Shown piece after piece: positions 26,015-35,928 of a stretch of 64,000 bases of DNA. The notes beneath the pieces are model-generated. The model made no database searches. It was given only the letters and a program-made list of their open reading frames with translations, and was not told where the DNA came from. The stretch's first letter is position 1. Every line of letters begins with the position of its first letter. The position numbers were made by a program, and so were the translations under genes. This DNA comes from an uncultured delta proteobacterium (GTDB taxonomy: Bacteria; Desulfobacterota; Binatia; Binatales; Binataceae), in contig CAWJET010000002.1 of the NCBI GenBank assembly GCA_963842085.1, positions 1,312,001-1,376,000 on the forward strand, given 5' to 3'.

Positions 26015-26974
26015 TCATACGAATGCACAATACTTATGGGCAAAGTCATATGGCATCTGGAAGACCTCTCCTCCGCGTCGGTCCACTTCATCCCTCAAGT
26101 CTTCCGCGTAAGGGAAGGCGGCGCAGGATCCTTGGTAGGCTAGCAACAGTCCACGCGCTCCAAACCACCCAGAATCCGCGACCGCCATCTGTGCCGTCTT
26201 GTTGGATTCGCTCAACGCCCAAGTGGAGATGAACAGATCTCCCACAATGTCGCGTCGCGGCAACATCGACACCGGAAGAATATTGATCCGCCCCGGCAGC
26301 ACCGGGTGGCTCGGCAAAGTCACGGCGACGACGCTGTCCGGCCCGAGCACAGCGGACAGGTAATGCCATTGGATGGTGGCCATGATCGGCGTATCAAAGA
26401 TCACATAGGTCAGATCCCGGCGTCGCAAGCGGTGCCAGATACTGGCAAGCCCACCAAATCCCCCACCAAATTCAATAATCCTTGAGATGGTCGGGTCATA
26501 GGCATTGATTCGCCGATAACTGAGATATCGCAGCAGCATCCAGGCGTGCAAGATGCGTCCGGGCGATGTCATGTGCGCCCGGTCGCAAATCCGAGGATTA
26601 CCGACGAGATCCTCCTCCAGAAGCAGTTCGACCGGTTCCGATTCCGCGAAGGTCAGCACATCGGCCAAGTAAGGCTTCCAGATGGGCCTGATCGGATTTA
26701 GGCTCATCGTATGACAGAAGATCTCTTCATTAAGAAAGCCGACGGGCAAAGCAGGATTACAAAGGGTCACGAATCGATCGTTGAACTCTTGCCACGTATC
26801 CAGAATATACGGCGAGCAATCATTGCGCGCGAAGCTTGCATAGACTTCCTGGAAATCGTGGGAAAGGCTCCGAAAACGATCACCTTGTTCTCCCTTTCTC
26901 AAACCAAGCTCGGTATCCTGCGCATGAAGGAAATGTCGTCGAATCAGGTTCTTTATGTTTCTGCGGACACTCAT
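26015..26974 (-). CDS. Putative sugar O-methyltransferase (NanM-like)
   Basis: IIEFGGGFGGLA, YVIFD, DLFISTWALSE; appears lower in GC than neighbours. Confidence 0.7.
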   Translation of the reverse strand: MSVRRNIKNLIRRHFLHAQDTELGLRKGEQGDRFRSLSHDFQEVYASFARNDCSPYILDTWQEFNDRFVTLCNPALPVGFLNEEIFCHTMSLNPIRPIWKPYLADVLTFAESEPVELLLEEDLVGNPRICDRAHMTSPGRILHAWMLLRYLSYRRINAYDPTISRIIEFGGGFGGLASIWHRLRRRDLTYVIFDTPIMATIQWHYLSAVLGPDSVVAVTLPSHPVLPGRINILPVSMLPRRDIVGDLFISTWALSESNKTAQMAVADSGWFGARGLLLAYQGSCAAFPYAEDLRDEVDRRGGEVFQMPYDFAHKYCAFV

Positions 26975-27023
26975 TTAGTCAGTTGAGGCCGGTCCTTGGT
27001 TGCAACAAGAAAAGAGATCGTTT

Positions 27024-28334
27024 TCACAGAGGTGCCTGTAATGAGCGCGCCGGGCCGCAAGCGGCCATTGAGGCGCCAGCCGACAGGCTGGATTTGGCGA
27101 GAAACTTTTCGACGGCGGCGCGGAAGTCGCGCATGAAGTTCTCGGCGGAAAACTTTTCGGCCTGCCGCCAGAGATGTTCCAAAAGGCTCGCCTGCAACGC
27201 CGGCCGGCTGAGCACCGCGCAGATCTTCTCCACGGCGTCATCCTCGTCGCGGTAGAGCAAGCTGTCGTGGTCAAGAATCTCCGCCGGTCCGCCCTCCGCC
27301 GGAGCAAACGTGATGCACCCGGCCTTGACCATCTCGGCCACCGCTATGCCGAACGCCTCGCCTTTGCGCGCGTGGATTCCATATCGACAGTCCGTAAGTA
27401 TTCGTAGCTTATCCTCGCCGGCGCGCGACCCTTCCAGCAACACCCATTCAGGATGCCCTAGAGCGAGCGAACCTATCCTCTTTGAGTATGGGGAGTTATC
27501 GAGCGGACCAATTATCCTGATCCGCACATTGTGCCCTCGGCTGCGAACGACGCCGACCATTCTGATCATTCGTTCGATTCTCTTTTCCGGCGAGATCCGA
27601 CCAATGCATGCGAAGTCATCGCTCCGACGTTCCCTCGGAACATCCGGAAACTCACCGGTAACCGGCTCATAAAGCACTTCCGAGGCGGCGCCGTACCTGT
27701 CGCGCAGTATTTGCGCGGTCCACTGCGAGTTGGCGAGAATCAGATCTTCTCCGGAGAAAAGATTGCGACTCGACGACATTTGAACTCTCCGGCCCAGCGC
27801 GAGATAAGCGCGCCGAAGCCAGAGATGGCGATGGAAGATGCCGCGGATCCCACTGGGAGCAGGATCGTGTTTCGTCCGCAGTTCCTCATCCCATGAGAAG
27901 TCGGAAATCCTGTGAATGCCGGGCGCTCCGAAATCGCAGAGATTGTAGCCGCTGATCAACATGTCATACTCGTCCGCGATCGAACGGACGGTGCGCTGGA
28001 AAAATGCGCCGCGGAGCGCGGCGGCACCGCTGAGGCGGGCGAGCAACGGAGGCGTCACCAACCTGCGGAGGGTGATTTCTTCTTCGCCAAGCGAGGTCCC
28101 GTAAAACTCGTTCATCGCTCCAAGGTTGAGCGTACTGCTGGTTACAATGGAGGTTTCGAAGTCGCGCTTGAGAGCCTCGGCTCCCCACATAACTGCAGCT
28201 TCAGATCCCCCGCCCCCCATCCCGGGATGGACGATGGCGACGGAAACTTTTCGGTGTTTAATCAATGTTGGTTTGGTGCAAACCGCCGCACCGGGACCGC
28301 GTCGCCGGCGACACCCTGGAGAGGCATTTCCCAA
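27024..28334 (-). CDS. Glycosyltransferase family 4 (true start probably near 28250)
   Basis: HPGMGGGGSE, ANS, IGRISPEKR, EAFGIAVAEMVKAGC. Confidence 0.85.
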   Translation of the reverse strand: MGNASPGCRRRRGPGAAVCTKPTLIKHRKVSVAIVHPGMGGGGSEAAVMWGAEALKRDFETSIVTSSTLNLGAMNEFYGTSLGEEEITLRRLVTPPLLARLSGAAALRGAFFQRTVRSIADEYDMLISGYNLCDFGAPGIHRISDFSWDEELRTKHDPAPSGIRGIFHRHLWLRRAYLALGRRVQMSSSRNLFSGEDLILANSQWTAQILRDRYGAASEVLYEPVTGEFPDVPRERRSDDFACIGRISPEKRIERMIRMVGVVRSRGHNVRIRIIGPLDNSPYSKRIGSLALGHPEWVLLEGSRAGEDKLRILTDCRYGIHARKGEAFGIAVAEMVKAGCITFAPAEGGPAEILDHDSLLYRDEDDAVEKICAVLSRPALQASLLEHLWRQAEKFSAENFMRDFRAAVEKFLAKSSLSAGASMAACGPARSLQAPL

Positions 28335-28590
28335 TCACCGCAGTGTGCGTGTGATGGCGCCGCGCGTTGCCGGCATCGAGGCACACCCTGCGCGCCGCTC
28401 GCAAGCCACGGAGATCCGTATTTCGCGGGCGAGCAGTCGCTGGCGCCGAAAGATCGAAATCCCGGTTGAGGTCTTCGAGATCGATGGTGTTGGTCGCAAG
28501 GATCGAAATCTCGGAGCCGCCCTTCGGCGCTTCGAATGACGGTCAATTCGGACCCGCCGTGCCCGATCCGTGGATGCGCGATCGCCACCG
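28335..28590 (-). pseudogene. Frameshifted relic of the N-terminus of a paralogous GT4
   Basis: VAIAHPRIGHGGSE / ISILATNTIDLEDLN / PATRGAITRTLR in three frames match VAIVHPGMGGGGSE / TSIVTSSTLNLGAMN / AALRGAFFQRTVR. Confidence 0.65.
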
Positions 28591-28747
28591 ACTGGCGCCC
28601 GCGCAATGAGGAGGCCGCCGTGTTTTGGTGCAGGTGTGATTGCCGAAACATGTTGCCAACAGGTGTCGGCACCCATTCACACTACCGAAGCCACGCGCCC
28701 CATAGGCGGCCGCCCGAGCATCCGGCTGGAAGGTCAATTCGCTTGCA

Positions 28748-29731
28748 TTAATGAACGAAGATCAAGTCCTTGACCGCCGTGCGGATGCCGCTGGAAAACC
28801 GGTGATATCGGCGAGCGAAGAGTTCGTTTGCTATGTGCGGAATCCGGGCGATCCTGTTCTTGGGCAGCAGGTAGCGCGTGCGCCAGTGTTGCAAAAGCGC
28901 GGCGCGTAACTCCGACGGCGGAAGCCGCCTTGTCTCAGCTTTTTCCAAATGCTCGATCAGAACGGGCACTATCGGAAGCGCCCGCTTGTGACGCGCCTTC
29001 CACAAAGCCGCGAGCCTGACGCCGACCGAGGCGGTCGCATTTCCGCTGGTGTTGTGCTCGTGCTGGCGGAACGCAAGCAACGCGCGATCGACCAGCAATA
29101 TTCCGCCCGCACCCAGCAGCACGGCGGTCCAGACCAGATATCTGTCGAACCATCCCCGAAGGACCTGATCAGAGTCGGGTAGTGGGAGGACTACGTCGCG
29201 AGTCTTGGCTCGGATCGCAAGACAATTGGCCGCGGCTGGTATGGTCGGATTAAGTATCTGACTCCGTTCGAGCGCCGCGCGGTCGGTCCTGACGGCCTTG
29301 AAGTTGTAGACGTTCCAGACGGTCTCGCCCAGCGGCTTTAACGCAGCATCGACGATATCTGCATTGCACACGGCTACAGCGGCATGCGGAGAATTGGCTA
29401 GCGCATCTGTCATGATCCGGATTTTCTCAGGATACCAGACGTCATCACAGTCACAGAGGAAGATGATTTCGCCTGCGCACTTGAGCATAGCGCGCTCGAA
29501 GTTCCTGCTCACTCCGAGGTTCGAGTCGTTGATGAATAACCGCACCGGAAACGGGGCGCGAACAGCGAAGTCGCGGACGATCTCAACCGTGCGATCGGTC
29601 GAAGCGTTGTCGCTGACTACCAACTCATCAGGGGGTCGCGTCTGGCGAACTAAGCTATCGAGCTGCTCCCGTATGAAGCGCTCGCCGTTGTACACCGCCA
29701 TCGCAATAGAGATTTTCGATCCGGTGCTCAC
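28748..29731 (-). CDS. Glycosyltransferase family 2
   Basis: SIAMAVYNGERFI, SDNASTD, FLCDCDDVW. Confidence 0.9.
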   Translation of the reverse strand: MSTGSKISIAMAVYNGERFIREQLDSLVRQTRPPDELVVSDNASTDRTVEIVRDFAVRAPFPVRLFINDSNLGVSRNFERAMLKCAGEIIFLCDCDDVWYPEKIRIMTDALANSPHAAVAVCNADIVDAALKPLGETVWNVYNFKAVRTDRAALERSQILNPTIPAAANCLAIRAKTRDVVLPLPDSDQVLRGWFDRYLVWTAVLLGAGGILLVDRALLAFRQHEHNTSGNATASVGVRLAALWKARHKRALPIVPVLIEHLEKAETRRLPPSELRAALLQHWRTRYLLPKNRIARIPHIANELFARRYHRFSSGIRTAVKDLIFVH

Positions 29732-30807
29732 TTGCGGGCCTCCAGAAGAAGCTCATCCGCAACGAGCGGGTTCCACAGGCGCATCAGCATCTCGACAAAT
29801 GCCGCCGCGCGCGCGTAAAGAAGCTCCGGCCGGGCCGGCGGGCGCATCATGTCGCCGCGCCCAAACCGGCGAATGAGACGGCTCTGAGTAAACACGTACG
29901 GCGTGATCCGAAGCGTGCTCGAAACATCGCTCTGGACGAACCCGGCGCGCCTTGCCAGCGCGGTCAAGCTATTGGTGTTGAAGATCTGCAGGTGTCGCGG
30001 CGGTTCCAGCCCGCGCCAGTTGGGACCGAAGTGACGGTGGCCCCAGCTCCCAGCGTTGGGCGTTGTGACCGCCAATGTACCGCCCATGCGCAGCACCCGG
30101 CGGATTTCGCGAAGCGTCGCGAGCGGATCGTGGACGTGCTCGATCACGTGGCTCATCAGAACCAGATCGAATGACTCGTCCGGGTAGCGCTGCTCGGCCA
30201 GACGTCCAAGCCTGACGGAAAGTCCCCTGCACCGTCCCGTTTCAACCGCGCGCGCATCGAAGTCCACGCCCTCGGCGTTCCAGCCAAGCTCTTGGGCGAG
30301 CTTTAACACCGAGCCGTCGCCGCATCCGACATCGAGCACGCATCCCTTTTCGGGAACGGCGAGATAGCGAAGCGGAATGTCCAGCGCATCGCATTCAATG
30401 CGCGAGAGCAGGATCGGCAGCGCAAGCAACCAGCGCAATGGTTTTCCGGCGTCATCTCCATAATTAAAGCGCCAGGCACGATAGGCCGACCTGCAAAGCT
30501 CTGCCGCGCGCTGGAGCGCTCCAGGCGGGGCTGGTGGCGGCGTATCCTCAGAGGCGGCATGGGTGAAATAGGTCCCGTAAGCAATCCCGATATCCTCCTC
30601 GAGCGGCATCGGGTCGAGCCATAGAAGACCGCATTCGGGGTTCGGGCATCGCTTGAGGTTCCATCTGCCTGGTGCGTTGAACAGCCGATCTTTGAGCCCC
30701 TCGTACAGCGGCTCGCCGCCAGTGCCACACAGGGGGCAGTCCGGGCACGGGAACGAGCGGATCCCGCTCCCTAAATCTGATCTGATTTCGGCGGCTGCAG
30801 TGTTCAT
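29728..30807 (-). CDS. Class I SAM-dependent methyltransferase (Cys-rich N-terminus)
   Basis: CPLC, VLDVGCGDG, HVIEHV, TPN, EPPRHL. Confidence 0.85.
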   Translation of the reverse strand: MNTAAAEIRSDLGSGIRSFPCPDCPLCGTGGEPLYEGLKDRLFNAPGRWNLKRCPNPECGLLWLDPMPLEEDIGIAYGTYFTHAASEDTPPPAPPGALQRAAELCRSAYRAWRFNYGDDAGKPLRWLLALPILLSRIECDALDIPLRYLAVPEKGCVLDVGCGDGSVLKLAQELGWNAEGVDFDARAVETGRCRGLSVRLGRLAEQRYPDESFDLVLMSHVIEHVHDPLATLREIRRVLRMGGTLAVTTPNAGSWGHRHFGPNWRGLEPPRHLQIFNTNSLTALARRAGFVQSDVSSTLRITPYVFTQSRLIRRFGRGDMMRPPARPELLYARAAAFVEMLMRLWNPLVADELLLEARK

Positions 30808-30811
30808 CGGC

Positions 30812-32326
30812 TCACCGCGACATCAGCGGCATCGCGGCGCGCAGGCGCATGCGCACCGTTTCGCGTTCCGTCGGCGCCAGCATCATGCGCCAGCCCCACG
30901 TCCCGAATCCGGCAACGACTAGGGCCACGTAGGCGGCGCGAAGAGAAGGAGCCGCGATAGTAAATGCCAAGCCGATCGCGACTGCTCCTCCGGCAAGGCG
31001 CAATGCGGTACGCATAACCGCGGCGCGCACGCCCGGTAATATCCGCGCTGCAGCCCAGTAGAGGAGTGCGGCATCGAGCGCAACCCGTCCAAGGTACACG
31101 AACGCGGCGCCCTCTACTCCGAACAGGCGCAGCCCGAGCCAGAGCCCCGCCAGGTAAACGGGAACCTCGACCACGTGGAATTTCGCGGTCAGGTCGGGCC
31201 GATGCGCGGCCTGCAGCAAGGTGTAGGGAAGATAGGCGAGACCGTTTACCATAACTGCTAGCCCGATCCATCGCATCACCCAGAAGCTGCGTGCACCGAA
31301 GTCGCTCCCGATCCAAAACGTCATGATCTCCGGAGCGAATACCGCCATCACCAATGCCGCCGGAAACAGCGCGATGAAGACATAGGTCACGGCGCGATCG
31401 AACAGGCGCGCCGCGCGCGCCGTGTCGGCGGCAAGCTCCGTAGACAGCGCCGGGAACATCACGCTCGCCAGCGCGCCGGGCACGATCATCAGCGTCGATG
31501 CGGCCTTCTGAGGCACCGAGTAGTAGGCGACCGCGGCCACCGAAATCATCGCGCTGATGAAGAAGCGGTCGAAGTAGGACATGATCGGGCCGGTAATCCC
31601 GGACACCGTGACCCATCCGCCGAACGAGAACAGCGGCGCGAGCATCGCGCGGCGCACCACGATGCGCCTGCCGAATGGAGGAAATACACGTATGCACAAA
31701 AGAAGGTGCACGCCCAATGATGCTGCACGGCCGACCACTAACACTGCGACAATCCAGAAGACGCTGTGCGAGAAGGGCAGCACCGCGAGCGGGGCGAGGT
31801 AGCTGAAGAATCCGAATGGTACGCGGACGGCGTTCAGAAGGTCGAAGCGCTGGAATGCCGCGAGCATCCCTGCCAGCGTGCCTGCGCAGATGATTAGCGG
31901 AAACGCGACTGCGAGCAGCCAGAAGGTGTGAAGCGCCTCGGATTGCAGGGTCGGAGGTATATTGAGGACTCGGTGCACTAGCCATGGCGATACCGCCGCC
32001 ATCGCAGCGCCGCCGAGCACGCCAGACACCGTCATCATCGTGAGGGCAGTCCATGCGACCGCGGCGACGTTGCCTTGCTCGTCGGCGCCCAACGCCTCGG
32101 CTATGAGCTTGGTCGCGGCGCTACCCAGGCCTAGGTCGAAGACGCCGAGATAACCGACCACCAGCCACGCGAGCGTCATCACCCCGTACCGCTCGTAGCC
32201 GAGACGATGCACGAGAATCGGAATCGCGACCAGCGCGACCAGGAAGGGCGCGGCTTGTCCCAGCAGGTTCAGGACCGTGTTGCGCGCAAGCAGGCGGCCG
32301 CCGGTGAGGTCAGAGGATTGACTCAT
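30812..32326 (-). CDS. wzx: Wzx flippase
   Basis: LARNTVLNLLG, FDLGLG, FDRFFI, many TM helices. Confidence 0.85.
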   Translation of the reverse strand: MSQSSDLTGGRLLARNTVLNLLGQAAPFLVALVAIPILVHRLGYERYGVMTLAWLVVGYLGVFDLGLGSAATKLIAEALGADEQGNVAAVAWTALTMMTVSGVLGGAAMAAVSPWLVHRVLNIPPTLQSEALHTFWLLAVAFPLIICAGTLAGMLAAFQRFDLLNAVRVPFGFFSYLAPLAVLPFSHSVFWIVAVLVVGRAASLGVHLLLCIRVFPPFGRRIVVRRAMLAPLFSFGGWVTVSGITGPIMSYFDRFFISAMISVAAVAYYSVPQKAASTLMIVPGALASVMFPALSTELAADTARAARLFDRAVTYVFIALFPAALVMAVFAPEIMTFWIGSDFGARSFWVMRWIGLAVMVNGLAYLPYTLLQAAHRPDLTAKFHVVEVPVYLAGLWLGLRLFGVEGAAFVYLGRVALDAALLYWAAARILPGVRAAVMRTALRLAGGAVAIGLAFTIAAPSLRAAYVALVVAGFGTWGWRMMLAPTERETVRMRLRAAMPLMSR

Positions 32327-32365
32327 CGCGTTGAACCCGATCCGGCAGCGGAGGAGGTCGCCATG

Positions 32366-33289
32366 TTATTCTAGGCGCTCGCTTGCGAGAGATTCGCGCG
32401 AACGCCACCACTCGATCGTCTGAGCCACTCCATCGCCGAGCTGCCACCGCTGCCGAAAACCGACCTCATCGCGCAGGCGACGGATATCGGCGACGACACG
32501 CGGCGAGTCGCCGGGCGCAGCAGCGATCGCTCCGAACTCGAGCATCGCGCGCGGCGCACCGACCGCGTCTGCAATCTTCTCTACGAGCGTGCGGACAGAG
32601 ATTTCCTGGCCCGACGCGATATTCACGATCCCCTCGACTTCTCCGTCGAGGATCGCCGCGAACGCCGACGCGACGTCGGCGACGTGCAGGTAGTCGCGAA
32701 GCTGGCGTCCGTGGGTGCAGCGCGCCGGCTTGTCGCGCAGGAGCGACTCGATCACCGATGGCACCAGGCGCGACGGATGCTCGCCCGGACCGTAAAGGTA
32801 GAAGATTCTTCCCCACGCTGTGCTGAGATCGGCCGGCGGGTGCCTCACAATTTCGGACAGGGCAAGCTTGCATGCGCCGTAGCGAGTGGTAGGAGCGCTT
32901 CGCGTGTCCGTTTCCGAGCACACGCCCGCCGAATGATCGTATTCAAAGCAGCTGCCGGCGAAGACCGCGCGGCGGCCGCCAGCCGCGGCGAATGCGCGCA
33001 GCAGATCAATTCCCGCGCGACACCAGAGGTAGTTCTGTTCCGACATCTGGTACTTGCCCGGCTCTGCGTACCACGCAAGGTGAAGCAGATGGGTCGGCCT
33101 AGCCCACTCGAGCACCTGCCTCATGGCCGGTTCATTCAGAAGATCCGCACGATGCCACTTTACGCCACTTGCGGGCGCTGGCTGGCCGCGATTTGCCACG
33201 GCATGCACCTCGTAGCCGCGCTCGACAAGAAACGGCAACACGTGGCTTCCGATCCATCCCGATGCCCCAGTTACCATCACCCGCTTCAT
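32366..33289 (-). CDS. NAD-dependent epimerase/reductase (NDP-4-keto-6-deoxyhexose reductase-like)
   Basis: VTGASGWIG, HLAW, YGACK, RDYLHV. Confidence 0.85.
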   Translation of the reverse strand: MKRVMVTGASGWIGSHVLPFLVERGYEVHAVANRGQPAPASGVKWHRADLLNEPAMRQVLEWARPTHLLHLAWYAEPGKYQMSEQNYLWCRAGIDLLRAFAAAGGRRAVFAGSCFEYDHSAGVCSETDTRSAPTTRYGACKLALSEIVRHPPADLSTAWGRIFYLYGPGEHPSRLVPSVIESLLRDKPARCTHGRQLRDYLHVADVASAFAAILDGEVEGIVNIASGQEISVRTLVEKIADAVGAPRAMLEFGAIAAAPGDSPRVVADIRRLRDEVGFRQRWQLGDGVAQTIEWWRSRESLASERLE

Positions 33290-33816
33290 GGCACGAAATC
33301 CGGGTGTGCGCGATCGCGTTCGGAGATCACCGACGGCTCGAATGGCCATCGGATGCCGAAGGCGCCATCGTTCCATCTAACGCCGCGCTCAGCCTCGGGC
33401 GCATGGCACGCGGATACCTGGTAGAAGACTTCGGTCCCGTCCGCGAGTGTAAGATAGCCGTGGGCACATCCCTCCGGCACATAGAGCATCCTGCGGTTGG
33501 CCGCGGTCAGCTCGACGCCGTACCAGCGGCAGTACGCGGCAGACACGGGCCTGAGGTCGACGATTACATCGAAGATCTCGCCTGCGGTGCATCTGACCAG
33601 CTTCGCTTCGGCCTGCGGTGCCAGTTGGTAATGCATCCCGCGCAGTGTTCCTCGAACGTGGTTGTATGAGATGTTGCACTGCACGACCGCGGGATTGATA
33701 CCGTGCGTCTCGAATTCGCGCGCGCAGAAGGAGCGCGCAAAGAAGCCGCGCGAATCGGTCCGCTGCTCCAGATCGATAACCCAGGCTCCCGGAATGTCGG
33801 TTTCGTGAAAAATCAC
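33286..33816 (-). CDS. rfbC: RmlC/RfbC-like NDP-4-keto-6-deoxyglucose 3,5-epimerase
   Basis: DSRGFFAR, GTLRGMHYQ, EAKLVRC, GCAHGYLTL. Confidence 0.9.
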   Translation of the reverse strand: MIFHETDIPGAWVIDLEQRTDSRGFFARSFCAREFETHGINPAVVQCNISYNHVRGTLRGMHYQLAPQAEAKLVRCTAGEIFDVIVDLRPVSAAYCRWYGVELTAANRRMLYVPEGCAHGYLTLADGTEVFYQVSACHAPEAERGVRWNDGAFGIRWPFEPSVISERDRAHPDFVP

Positions 33817-34928
33817 GGCGACACTCCGTTCGTGCCGCGGCGCGCGTCGGGCGCCGCAGTCTCGGCGACTTGGCAATAGTGCCGGATCTGTTCGACGCTG
33901 AGGTCGTAAAGGCGCGGTCCGCGTAGAGCCAGCGCGGTGCGGTACCATTCGATGGTGAGATCAACGGCCTCGCGCAGCGAAAGCCGAGGGCGCCAACCGA
34001 GCCGCGTGCGTGCCTTGGCGGTCGCGAGCCGCAGCATCCGCGCCTCGGCGGGCCCGTCGGCGGCTGGCTGGATGCGCCATCGCGCGCCACCCCACGCATC
34101 GCTCATAATCTCGACGAGCTGCGCAACCGTCGCAGTGGCGGAGTCTTCTGGGCCGAAATTCCACGCACCGGAGAATTTCCGGCCGCGCTCGATCAGTGCG
34201 CGGGCAAGCGCAAGGTACCCCGATAGCGGCTCGAGCACGTGCTGCCACGGCCGAATCGCGCCGGGATTGCGGACCATCAGGATTTGATCGTGTCCAAACG
34301 CTCGCATCGCGTCGGGGACAATCCGATCCTCGGCGAAATCACCGCCCCCGATCACGTTGCCCGCTCGGGCGGTCGCAAGCGCGACCGGAGGGTCGCGCCT
34401 TTCCAGGAACGAGCGGCGCCACGCGTGCGCAACGATCTCGGCGCAGCCCTTGCTCGCGCTATAGGGATCCGATCCACCAAGTCTGTCCCGTTCGTGAAAC
34501 GCGCGCGCGTTCTCTGGGTTCTCGTAGCACTTGTCGCTCGTCACCACGACCACCGCGCGCACCGACGGCGTGTACCGCACCGCCTCCAGCACGTTGGCTG
34601 TGCCGATCACATTGGTCTCAAGAGTCGCGATCGACTCGCAATAGGAGCGGCGCACGAGCGGCTGAGCCGCCAGATGAAAAACGATCTCCGGCTGAGTTTG
34701 CTCGAACGCTCCACGCAGGCGCTCGCGGTCGCGGATGTCGCCGATGCGCGAGTCAATCACTCCTTCAAGCTTGCACGCAGAGAAGATTCCGTCGGGCGAC
34801 TGTGGCGCAAGCGCATAGCCCGACACGTGAGCGCCGAGCTCGCGGAGCCACATCGCGAGCCAGCCTCCCTTGAAGCCGGTGTGGCCAGTTACCAGGACGC
34901 GGCGGCGTTTCCAGAATTGATCGACCAC
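33813..34928 (-). CDS. rfbG: CDP-glucose 4,6-dehydratase
   Basis: TGHTGFKGGWL, HLAAQPLVR, TSDKCY, DPYSASK, RPWQHVLEPL. Confidence 0.95.
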   Translation of the reverse strand: MVDQFWKRRRVLVTGHTGFKGGWLAMWLRELGAHVSGYALAPQSPDGIFSACKLEGVIDSRIGDIRDRERLRGAFEQTQPEIVFHLAAQPLVRRSYCESIATLETNVIGTANVLEAVRYTPSVRAVVVVTSDKCYENPENARAFHERDRLGGSDPYSASKGCAEIVAHAWRRSFLERRDPPVALATARAGNVIGGGDFAEDRIVPDAMRAFGHDQILMVRNPGAIRPWQHVLEPLSGYLALARALIERGRKFSGAWNFGPEDSATATVAQLVEIMSDAWGGARWRIQPAADGPAEARMLRLATAKARTRLGWRPRLSLREAVDLTIEWYRTALALRGPRLYDLSVEQIRHYCQVAETAAPDARRGTNGVSP

Positions 34929-35702
34929 CTAGCTCCAGACCTTCCAGGGCGCGGCACCCGCATCCCATATCGCGTTAAGCTGCTGGGCCTCGCGATAAGT
35001 ATCCATGCACTGCCAAAAACCTTCGTGCTGATAAACCGAGAGCTCGTTGCGCTCGGCCAGGCGCGGGAGGAGCCCCGTCTCAAGCGTGTCGTTGTCACCC
35101 TGGATCAGGTCGAACACGCCGGGCTCGAAGACGAAAAACCCTCCGTTGATCCACCCCGAAGTGACCTGCGGCTTTTCCTGGAACAGCGTCACGCCACCGT
35201 CGCGAATGGCGAGCTCGCCGTAGCGCGACGAAGGGCGCACGGCGGTGACAGTCGCGAGCCGGCGTTGGTGCGAGTGATAGGCCACAAGTTGGGCGACATC
35301 CACGTTAGCCACTCCGTCGCCGTAGGTCGCCAGGAAGGCGGAGTCACCGACGTAGGACCGGATCTTGCGGATGCGGCCTCCGGTCATCGCCGATTGTCCG
35401 GTCTCCGCCAACGTCACACGCCATCCGGATTCCCCGTGGCCGTCGTGCACCTCCAGCTCGCGGGAGCCCAGCGTCACGGTAAAGTCGCGGTTGCGCAGCT
35501 CGTAGTTCAGAAAATAGTCGCGAATCACGTCGCCCTTGTAGCCCAAGCAAATCACGAAGTCGCTGAATCCATTCGCCGCATAGATCTTCATGATGTGCCA
35601 GAGAATCGGGCGCCCGCCGATCTCCACCATCGGCTTGGGCCGGAACTCGGTCTCTTCGCGAAGCCGCGTGCCGAGTCCGCCCGCCAAAATTACCACTTTC
35701 AT
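34929..35702 (-). CDS. rfbF: Glucose-1-phosphate cytidylyltransferase
   Basis: ILAGGLGTRLREET, PKPMVEIG, TGGR, GFWQCMDT. Confidence 0.95.
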   Translation of the reverse strand: MKVVILAGGLGTRLREETEFRPKPMVEIGGRPILWHIMKIYAANGFSDFVICLGYKGDVIRDYFLNYELRNRDFTVTLGSRELEVHDGHGESGWRVTLAETGQSAMTGGRIRKIRSYVGDSAFLATYGDGVANVDVAQLVAYHSHQRRLATVTAVRPSSRYGELAIRDGGVTLFQEKPQVTSGWINGGFFVFEPGVFDLIQGDNDTLETGLLPRLAERNELSVYQHEGFWQCMDTYREAQQLNAIWDAGAAPWKVWS

Positions 35703-35928
35703 CGCGCCGGTGCCCTCAAACTTTTTCCGCCAGAAGGTCCGCTCTGCTTCGGCGACCGAACGAAATTCTCGCGGGCCTCAGTAAAACTCCCCTTAACCTC
35801 AGAACCAGCCGGACGAGGGCCACGCGGACTCAAGGAAAACGACTCTTGGCGCGCTATCGAATACCCACAAATCAAAGGAAATGTTTACTGAAGATCGAGA
35901 TCAGTATCAGCTCGACAGCTACTAACTA

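Noticed and set aside
32366-35702. Abequose/paratose (3,6-dideoxyhexose) pathway
   Set aside because: No rfbH/ddhC C3-dehydrase in the locus.
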